From positions 8,017 through 72,016 of the forward strand of contig JAKLDK010000001.1 of assembly GCA_022703565.1 (NCBI GenBank): 64,000 nt of DNA, read 5' to 3'. The stretch's first letter is position 1; every line of letters begins with the position of its first letter. The notes under the pieces are model-generated. The model was not told where the DNA came from and ran no database searches. It was given only the letters and a program-made list of their open reading frames with translations. Shown here piece after piece: positions 57,337 to 64,000 of this stretch. A program made the translations under genes and the position numbers. The stretch is from Candidatus Omnitrophota bacterium. Lineage in GTDB: Bacteria > Omnitrophota > Gorgyraeia > Zapsychrales > Zapsychraceae.

Positions 57337-58659
57337 ATGAAAAAAATAGTCAGTATAATTATTGTTTTTATTCTGTTTGTTAGTCTTGCCATTTTTCTCA
57401 ACAAAGGTAATAAAAAAGATAATCAAAAAAGAATAGTCTTGTGGCATTGGATGACTGACCGCGACAAAGCCCTGCAGGAATTATCCAGACAATATAAAGA
57501 ACTAACTGGCGTCGAAATCGATGTCGAATTATACGCCCCTTCAAAAGTTTATGCCCGAAAAATTACTGCTGCTGCTCAAGCTAAAGTCCTGCCGGATATA
57601 TACGGGATTCTAGATACAAAAGAAACTTTTGCAAATTATATTAAAAGCGGGCTTGTGGCTGATTTAACTGAGGAATTTAAGAAAAATAATTCAGCTTTGG
57701 AAAAAACATTCTTTCCTAAAGCGCTCGATGTTAACAGGTTTAAAGAGGGGAATATTTATGATATTTCTCCCGGTATTTACGGAGTGCCGCTAGATATAAC
57801 CATTATTCAGATGTTATATAACAAGAATCTTTTAGCTAAGGCTGGATTTAAGAACCCTCCGAATAATTTTGCTGAATTCGTAACGCAGTTGAAAGCTTTA
57901 AAGCGAATCGGAATAAACGGTCTGGTTTCCGGTTGGGGTGAATTATGGTTAATTGATTGCTTCGCTTTAAATTATGCTTTTAACATTATGGGCGAAGAAA
58001 AGATTATGGCTACCTTTAGAGGCGAAATCCCGTATACTGACCCGGACTGGATAACGGTTTTCGGTTTGTTTAAAACTCTCAAAGATATCGGCGGGTTGGC
58101 GGAAGGAATTATTACCAAGGAAAATAAATATGCCGAACAAGATTTTGCTTTAGAACGCGCGGCTTTTGCTTTTAATGGTTCCTGGTGTTTAAATGTTTAC
58201 AATAAAATGAATCCCAGCCTTGTTTATAGCGCAATGCTTCCTCCGGCGATAAATGCGGATAAACCGATGATGATTTGGGGTGGAGCCGGATCTTCTTTTG
58301 TTGTGAACAATAATTCTAAGAGCAAAGAAAAAGCCATTACTTTCTTAAAATGGTTATCGGCTAAAGATCAGCAGGCTTATTTGTCAAAAGAAACGCAAAA
58401 TTTGCCGGCGAATAAAGATTCTTTGGTCGACATTCCGGATGTATTGGCTGGTTTTGCAAAAGTAATGGATAATACCACTCATCCGACAATATGGAAATAC
58501 AATGAAAATTCTCTTGTTGCCGAGCGGTTTGATAAGGGAATCCAGTCTATAATTTTAGGGGATAAAACTCCTGAGCAGGTTGGACAAGAAGTTCAAGAAG
58601 AAAAAGAAAAGCAAATAGCGAGAGAAAAACGTCGGCAGCAAAGAAAACAAAATAATTAA
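57337..58659 (+). CDS. ABC transporter substrate-binding protein (carbohydrate, SBP family 1)
   Basis: N-terminal signal anchor plus the family-1 extracellular solute-binding fold (MalE-like). Start at the ATG at 57337. Confidence 0.75.
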   Translation: MKKIVSIIIVFILFVSLAIFLNKGNKKDNQKRIVLWHWMTDRDKALQELSRQYKELTGVEIDVELYAPSKVYARKITAAAQAKVLPDIYGILDTKETFANYIKSGLVADLTEEFKKNNSALEKTFFPKALDVNRFKEGNIYDISPGIYGVPLDITIIQMLYNKNLLAKAGFKNPPNNFAEFVTQLKALKRIGINGLVSGWGELWLIDCFALNYAFNIMGEEKIMATFRGEIPYTDPDWITVFGLFKTLKDIGGLAEGIITKENKYAEQDFALERAAFAFNGSWCLNVYNKMNPSLVYSAMLPPAINADKPMMIWGGAGSSFVVNNNSKSKEKAITFLKWLSAKDQQAYLSKETQNLPANKDSLVDIPDVLAGFAKVMDNTTHPTIWKYNENSLVAERFDKGIQSIILGDKTPEQVGQEVQEEKEKQIAREKRRQQRKQNN

Positions 58660-59579
58660 TGAAATACGAAAAAGTAAGAAATTTAGTAATCCGGGACTAT
58701 CTAATAAATTTCTCTTTTGCTTTGCCGGCAATTGCGATCTTCAGCATTTTTTATATTATTCCTTTCTTTGAAGTTTTCCGCCTATCTTTGATGGACTGGA
58801 ACGGAACTTTCCCTCCGGCCGAATTTATTGGCCTGGAAAATTTTAGCGAGCAATTTCATGATAATCTTTGGTGGGGCTCGATGCTTCACGCGGGATTTAT
58901 TACGCTTATTGCTTTGACCTTGCAAAATGTTTTAGCTTTTGCCTTAGCCTTGGCTTGTGACCGGGAAATAAAAGCAAAACGATTTTATCAGGTAATGTTT
59001 TTTATCCCGCCGGTCTTATCGGAAGTTGTCGTCGGGCTTATTTGGCAATGGATTCTTTATTTCGGGATGCAGGGCGGCGAGCATATCGGGCTTTTAAACC
59101 ACTTTTTGGCAAAGACCGGTTTACCGAATTTGGTGCATAACTGGCTTTCTGACCCGAAAACCGCATTGCCTTGTATTGCGATTGTGCACGCTTGGAAAGG
59201 TTTCGGTTGGGGATTTATTATGTTGTTGGCGGGATTGCAAACAATTGATAAGCAGCTTTATGAAGCGGCTAAGGTTGATGGCGCTGGTAATTGGCACGTT
59301 TTTCGTCATATTACCGTGCCGATGATGATGCCGATTATTGTGGTTGTTATGATTCTTACAGTTTTAGGCTCGATGCAGGTGTTTGTTTTGATTCTAGCAA
59401 TGGTGGGAGAAGGCGGATTGGCGGATTATACCAGCGTCCCAGTCTTAAAAATTCTGGGCTCGATGAATGGCGCGAAAAGATTTGGTTATGCTTGCTCGCA
59501 AGCTATATCGTTTGGGTTAATTTTGGTTTGTGTTTCGGCATTTTTTAAAATTATTTCTAACAGGACTAAACAGGCATAA
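58659..59579 (+). CDS. ABC transporter permease (MalF-like)
   Basis: 6-TM BPD_transp_1 fold with an EAA-type loop (AAKVDGAGNWHVFRHITVPMM). Confidence 0.8.
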   Translation: MKYEKVRNLVIRDYLINFSFALPAIAIFSIFYIIPFFEVFRLSLMDWNGTFPPAEFIGLENFSEQFHDNLWWGSMLHAGFITLIALTLQNVLAFALALACDREIKAKRFYQVMFFIPPVLSEVVVGLIWQWILYFGMQGGEHIGLLNHFLAKTGLPNLVHNWLSDPKTALPCIAIVHAWKGFGWGFIMLLAGLQTIDKQLYEAAKVDGAGNWHVFRHITVPMMMPIIVVVMILTVLGSMQVFVLILAMVGEGGLADYTSVPVLKILGSMNGAKRFGYACSQAISFGLILVCVSAFFKIISNRTKQA

Positions 59580-59581
59580 GA

Positions 59582-60427
59582 ATGAGAACAGTAAATTATC
59601 AGGCGATTAATACTTTGAAATCAGTTGTTATTCATTCTTTTTTGATTTCGGTTGCGATGACCTGTATTTTTCCTATTTTCTGGATGGTGCGTTCTTCTTT
59701 GATGACACCGTCTACAATATTCTCGGATAAGTCTTTTATTCCCAAGGAAATACATTTTGAGAATTATTATTTTGCTTGGATGGAGGGCGGTTTTGGAGCG
59801 TACTTCCTAAATAGTGTTTTATATACTACAACCGTTGTTGTGGGGATTGTTATTATTGCTTCATTAGCGGCATATGCGTTTTCTCGCCTACAATTTCCGG
59901 GGAAGAACTTCTTTTTTTATATGTTTGTCGGCGCGATGATGATTCCACTCCCGGGGAGTTTCGTTCCGCTTTATGTGTTAATGAATAAGCTGGGGTTGCT
60001 TAATTCCCGGCTAGGTTATATACTTTGTATGATTAATGTCGGACTTTCCTTAAGCATCCTTATTTTAAAAACATTTTTTGATAAGATGCCTTCTGATTTA
60101 GAGGAAGTGGCAAAAATCGACGGTTGCAGCCGTTTGGGGATTTGGTGGCATGTGGTGCTTCCTTTGGCTCGGCCGGCAATTGCGGTAATTGTTATTTTTA
60201 ATTCTTTGAATGTTTGGAACGAATATATCTTGGCAATGCTTTTGTTAAATGACAAAGCCAAGATGCCTCTACAGATTGGTATAATGCAGTTTCAAGGTGC
60301 ATATAGCGTCGATTATCATCTTTTGATGGCCGGACTGACAATCGCGGCTGTGCCGATAGTTTTGATATATCTAGCTATGCAAAAACATATTATTAAAGTA
60401 CTAGCCTCAGGAGCGGATCTCGGTTGA
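59582..60427 (+). CDS. ABC transporter permease (MalG-like)
   Basis: EAA loop EVAKIDGCSRLGIWWHVVLPLARPAI. No ATPase gene is adjacent. Confidence 0.8.
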   Translation: MRTVNYQAINTLKSVVIHSFLISVAMTCIFPIFWMVRSSLMTPSTIFSDKSFIPKEIHFENYYFAWMEGGFGAYFLNSVLYTTTVVVGIVIIASLAAYAFSRLQFPGKNFFFYMFVGAMMIPLPGSFVPLYVLMNKLGLLNSRLGYILCMINVGLSLSILILKTFFDKMPSDLEEVAKIDGCSRLGIWWHVVLPLARPAIAVIVIFNSLNVWNEYILAMLLLNDKAKMPLQIGIMQFQGAYSVDYHLLMAGLTIAAVPIVLIYLAMQKHIIKVLASGADLG

Positions 60428-62832
60428 GACAACAAAAACATAAAATCATAATTCTCGCGTTTCTTTTCTTAACCTTTTCTAATTTTGTACTTGCCGAAGA
60501 AAAACCAGAAAAAAAAGAAGACGTTATTACTAGGGCGACTCCTAAGGTTAACCTAGACAAAGGCCTGCAGACTCCGGAAGGCCAAGATATTCCTAAGGAG
60601 CCGGAAATTTCTTCTCAAGAATTAATTAAACAATTATGGGAAGCTAATGCTAAAAACGATTTGGCTCAGGTCGAAGAACTAACTGCAAAATGTTTAAGCA
60701 TTTTTGATAAGACTGCCCGAGAGCAGCAGGCTCTTTTAAAAGGTTTTCCGGCTAGAGGCGAAGAAAGTTTTTATCAAGAATTAAATGATACAGGAGGGTG
60801 TTTATTCGTTCATGCCGAAGAATTAAGAGATTTTGGGAAAAAAGATGAGGCTATTAAAGAATGCCAAAATGTGATTGATAATTATGGCTGGTCGCAGCAA
60901 TGGGACCCTTCCCGCGGGGCTTGGTGGTCGGTTGCTGAAAAATGTTCGGAACTAATCGCCGATTATAATTACGACGAGAAAACAGAAGAAGCTAAGGAAG
61001 TGAAACAGATAATTGTAAAGCCGGTTCTTTATAATTACGGCAAAACCCAGGTTGTTGACTATACAAAATATGGCCGTTTTAAAGATGTCGGAAAACCTAC
61101 CTACAAATATTCTATCGCTGATATCGAAGGGTTGTCTGCCGCAGCAGGAGAGGGTATTTACCCTAATACTAGTGATATTTATAACAATCCTCGCTACAAG
61201 GAAGTTAAGGCCGCTGGCAGGTTGGAAGGTTCCCAGTGGGATTATGTTCGTACGCCGGATTTAGAAGCGGCATATTTTAAGTGGGCTACAGCTCCGGAGC
61301 CTTGGGGAGTTAAGCTTTTTTATATGGGATTGATTTTTGAGAAGGCACAGATGTGGCACGAAGCCTTAAAGGCTTATCATGCGATTGTAGTACATTTTCC
61401 AAAGACGATTGCCTGGACTTATTGGCAGACGCCGTGGTATCCTGCCCAAGCCGCGATTGCTAAAATAAGATATTTGTTGAGAATCCATCCGGAATTAAAT
61501 TTGCAAGAAAAATGGATGAAAGTTGAAGTGGTAAACGGTTTTGATAATGATTCGCAAAATGATATTTTTATAACTTATCCCGGAAAAATAATTAAAAAGA
61601 ATTTAATCGAAATAGCAAAAGAGAAATTTAACATTGGGCGAAAAGTTTTTCTGGGTAAAGTAAAGAGAAGATTAGGCGAAGGAAAAGTCCGGCTGGTGCA
61701 ATACGAAAATAATCACTGGCAGCTTATTGTTGATGGGAAGCCGTATATTGTTAAGGGAATTACTTATGCCCCAACAAAGATAGGAGAATCTCCCGACAAA
61801 GGTACTCTAAAGAATTGGATGGACCAGGATACCAATAATAATGGCAAAGCCGATGGCCCTTATGATGCTTGGGTTGATCAAAACAAAAACAATATTCAAG
61901 ATGATAATGAGCCTACTGTCGGTGATTTTAAAATCATGAAAGATATGGGGGCAAACACCATCCGTGTTTATGAGCAGCCGAATTTTAAAATTAATAAGAA
62001 GTTAATGAATGAAATGTTCGCGAATTATGGTATCAGGGTTATTTTGGGTAATTTCTTGGGTAAATATGCGATTGGGTCAGGAGCGAGTTGGAGTGAAGGG
62101 ACCGATTACGATAATCCGGAGCATAAAAAAAATATGATGGAAGATGTTAGGAAAATGGTTATGGACCATAAAGATGAACCATATTTGCTGATGTGGTTGC
62201 TTGGCAATGAAAATAATTATGGAGTCGCAAGCAACGCTGATAAAAAACCGGAAAGTTATTTTAAATTTGTTAATGAAGTTGCACAAATGATAAAAACAAT
62301 TGATCCTAATCATCCGGTTGCAGTAAACAATGGGGATACTCTTTATTTGGATGTATTCGCCAGGCATTGCCCAGATGTTGATATTTTTGCTGGAAATATT
62401 TATCGTGGTGACTATGGTTTCGGTTCTTTCTGGGAACAAGTTTTTGGCTCGAGTGGAAAAGCGGCTTTGGTTACAGAATATGGTTGCCCGGCTTTTGCCA
62501 AACATTTATTGCCCGAAGAAAGGGAAGAAGCCCAGGCAGAATATCACCGCGGGAATTGGCTGGATATTGTTGATAATAGTGCCGGTTATAAAAATGGCGT
62601 TGGTAATGCTTTAGGTGGAGTTGCTTTTGAATGGCTGGATGAGTGGTGGAAAAATTATCAGCCTTTTAGGCATGATCGAAAAAGCGATGCTATCGGGCCT
62701 TTCCCTGGGGGGTATTATTTTGAGGAATGGTTTGGATTGATTGGCCAGGGGAATGGACAGAATAGCCCATTTTTGCGTCAGCCAAGAAAAGTGTTTTATA
62801 CCTATAAGGAGCTTTGGAATACTGACAATTAA
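60424..62832 (+). CDS. Secreted clan GH-A TIM-barrel glycosidase (GH5/GH2-like) with an N-terminal helical repeat domain
   Basis: Signal peptide. Beta1 motif DFKIMKDMGANTIRVY; acid/base LLGNENNYG; nucleophile ALVTEYGCP about 90 aa downstream. A D-x-D-x-N-G-x-x-D Ca-loop-like segment (DQDTNNNGKADGPYD). The N-terminal ~125 aa are homologous to the repeats in the next gene. Confidence 0.6.
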   Translation: MRQQKHKIIILAFLFLTFSNFVLAEEKPEKKEDVITRATPKVNLDKGLQTPEGQDIPKEPEISSQELIKQLWEANAKNDLAQVEELTAKCLSIFDKTAREQQALLKGFPARGEESFYQELNDTGGCLFVHAEELRDFGKKDEAIKECQNVIDNYGWSQQWDPSRGAWWSVAEKCSELIADYNYDEKTEEAKEVKQIIVKPVLYNYGKTQVVDYTKYGRFKDVGKPTYKYSIADIEGLSAAAGEGIYPNTSDIYNNPRYKEVKAAGRLEGSQWDYVRTPDLEAAYFKWATAPEPWGVKLFYMGLIFEKAQMWHEALKAYHAIVVHFPKTIAWTYWQTPWYPAQAAIAKIRYLLRIHPELNLQEKWMKVEVVNGFDNDSQNDIFITYPGKIIKKNLIEIAKEKFNIGRKVFLGKVKRRLGEGKVRLVQYENNHWQLIVDGKPYIVKGITYAPTKIGESPDKGTLKNWMDQDTNNNGKADGPYDAWVDQNKNNIQDDNEPTVGDFKIMKDMGANTIRVYEQPNFKINKKLMNEMFANYGIRVILGNFLGKYAIGSGASWSEGTDYDNPEHKKNMMEDVRKMVMDHKDEPYLLMWLLGNENNYGVASNADKKPESYFKFVNEVAQMIKTIDPNHPVAVNNGDTLYLDVFARHCPDVDIFAGNIYRGDYGFGSFWEQVFGSSGKAALVTEYGCPAFAKHLLPEEREEAQAEYHRGNWLDIVDNSAGYKNGVGNALGGVAFEWLDEWWKNYQPFRHDRKSDAIGPFPGGYYFEEWFGLIGQGNGQNSPFLRQPRKVFYTYKELWNTDN

Positions 62833-62972
62833 CTGCCTTATTTTGTAGTTTAAACCATTTTTCTGCGTTAAAATGTTTCCAAATTAAGCTATTGGCAAAA
62901 TACAAAAAAATGTTGTATACTTCTTTTTATAGTAAACTGTTATTAATATCATAAATAGATAGGAGGAGTTTT

Positions 62973-63821
62973 ATGAAGAAAATTCTAACGGTCCTGGCAT
63001 TGTGTTTATTTGTCGCGACTATGGCTCAAGCCGCGGTTAATTTCGGAGATTATCGCTCAGAGACATTAACCACAAAAGCTTGGGGAGCTTTAGCCCAAGG
63101 TGACACACAAGCCGTGCTTGCTTACACCAACAAATGCCTTGAATTATATGCCGAGCAAGCAAAAAAAATGCAAGATAGCCTTACCGAATATCCTGCCGGA
63201 GAAAAAGATAAAATTTTTAGTTTTTGGGCCTTAAATGATGTGGCTACGTCTCTTTTTGTCCAGGGAGAGGCTTTCCGTCGAGCGAACATGAAGAATGAAG
63301 CTGTAGAAGCCTTCAAGAAAATTGTAAACGAATATTCTTACGGACAAACTTGGGATACAAATGGATGGTTTTGGAAGCCGGCTGAAGCAGCGAAAGAAAA
63401 GTTAGCGATGCTGGAATCAGGCGTTTTCTTAGATTTCGGCGATTATACTTCGTCTTTTATTACTGGCCAAGCCTGGAAAGCTTTAGAAGAAAATAAATTG
63501 GATGCAGTATTATCTTATACTAATAAGGTAATTGAACTTTATGCCCCAAAAGCAAAAGAAATGCAAGCGTCTTTGACCGAATATCCTTGGCAATCCCGCG
63601 AGCAAATATTTAATTTTTGGGCATTGAATGATGTCGGCACATCTTATTTTATTCAAGGAAAAGCTTTTGATGCCGCTGGAAAAAAAGCAGAAGCAAAAAC
63701 TGCTTATCAAACGTTAATTGATAATTATTTTTACGCACAATGCTGGGATCCAAAAGGATGGTTCTGGAAGCCTGCAGAAGCAGCACAAGAAGCAATTGAC
63801 GCGATCGGCGAAGTTAAATAA
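62973..63821 (+). CDS. Secreted protein composed of two tandem copies of a ~125-aa TPR-like helical domain
   Basis: Signal peptide. The two repeats share YTNK(C/V), LTEYP, FWALNDV(A/G)TS, NY(S/F)Y(G/A)Q(T/C)WD and GWFWKPAEAA. A third copy is at the N-terminus of the upstream glycosidase. Confidence 0.6.
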   Translation: MKKILTVLALCLFVATMAQAAVNFGDYRSETLTTKAWGALAQGDTQAVLAYTNKCLELYAEQAKKMQDSLTEYPAGEKDKIFSFWALNDVATSLFVQGEAFRRANMKNEAVEAFKKIVNEYSYGQTWDTNGWFWKPAEAAKEKLAMLESGVFLDFGDYTSSFITGQAWKALEENKLDAVLSYTNKVIELYAPKAKEMQASLTEYPWQSREQIFNFWALNDVGTSYFIQGKAFDAAGKKAEAKTAYQTLIDNYFYAQCWDPKGWFWKPAEAAQEAIDAIGEVK

Positions 63822-63841
63822 AAGTTGACATCGTTAAAATT

Positions 63842-63890
63842 TTGGTCTAACATCTTATCTCATTGATTTGATGTTAGACCAATTTTTTTT
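63842..63890 (+). terminator. Intrinsic terminator with a 13-bp perfect stem
   Basis: TTGGTCTAACATC, 15-nt loop, GATGTTAGACCAA, then TTTTTTTT. Confidence 0.85.
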
Positions 63891-63933
63891 GAAAAATTCC
63901 GCTGAAAATAAATTATTAAGGAAAGGTTTTGGT

Positions 63934-64000
63934 ATGAAGAAGTGTGCAATTGCAGCATTTTTATTATTATTTCTAGTCGGATGTAAAGGGCAAGCCGGAG
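63934..64000 (+). CDS. Lipoprotein, N-terminal fragment (continues beyond the window)
   Basis: MKKCAIAAFLLLFLVGCKG lipobox after a GGAAAGG RBS. Confidence 0.45.
   Translation, partial: MKKCAIAAFLLLFLVGCKGQAG

Noticed and set aside
63825-63860. TTGACA-17-TAACAT promoter-like match overlapping the terminator after the last full gene
   Set aside because: The -10 element sits inside the 13-bp terminator stem and there is no independent support. It is more likely a chance match in the AT-rich 3' region.
1-64000. Search for CRISPR arrays, transposases, integrases, rRNA genes and prophage hallmarks
   Set aside because: None were found. There are no regularly spaced direct repeats, no DDE/tyrosine recombinase motifs in any frame that I could recognise, and no rRNA-like conserved stretches.

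Overview
This 64-kb window comes from a low-GC (about 38-40% GC), gene-dense bacterial chromosome, and almost all genes from about 1.8 kb onward are on the + strand. Housekeeping content includes a partial chorismate-binding enzyme, a CheY-like response regulator, uppP, a TadA-like deaminase, trmB, an S11 DD-carboxypeptidase, a DsbA-like oxidoreductase, rpmA, glmS, rsmI and a BioB/HydE-like radical SAM. A pyr cluster (pyrR-pyrB-pyrC ... pyrK-pyrD-pyrF) has a long leader carrying a PyrR-binding loop and an attenuator terminator. The cluster is interrupted by a LOG-family gene, mutM, an ICMT-like methyltransferase and a half-size TSUP gene. Other core features are a minimal seven-gene V/A-type ATPase operon (E-unknown-A-B-D-I-K, Chlamydia/Spirochaete style), tRNA-Val(TAC) and tRNA-Asp(GTC), era, nth, a YjeF-N epimerase, a PfkB kinase, rpsU, purH, folC, mnmE and cvpA. 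Eight loci look accessory or unusual. (a) A translationally coupled tRNA-centred cluster: a CsaA-like tRNA-binding protein, a YkgJ Cys-cluster protein, a DUF2156/MprF-C-like putative aminoacyl-tRNA-dependent transferase, and a DEDD 3'-5' exonuclease fused to a C-terminal WYL sensor domain. (b) A PilZ-TM-(alpha/alpha)6 protein and two tandem single-domain PilZ proteins. (c) A 69-nt relic of the yjbQ 3' end downstream of intact yjbQ that differs from it only by synonymous changes. (d) A soluble 2xPRC-MgtE_N-CBS protein paired with an NRAMP that has NRMT-type (Mg2+) binding-site substitutions. (e) A Ddl-like ATP-grasp ligase next to a lysine 2,3-aminomutase. (f) A glycan-utilisation locus: a GH94-like phosphorylase, a secreted 6xCBM4/9 protein ending in a Hint/BIL autoprocessing domain, an ABC sugar importer, a clan GH-A glycosidase, and an unrecognised ~125-aa helical domain present in three copies. 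(g) A cluster of DnaA-box-like 9-mers in the pyrC-LOG intergenic region. (h) A nested-palindrome element built on GGGACA/TGTCCC whose compact form is a terminator hairpin elsewhere in the window. No rRNA, CRISPR array, transposase or integrase was recognised.
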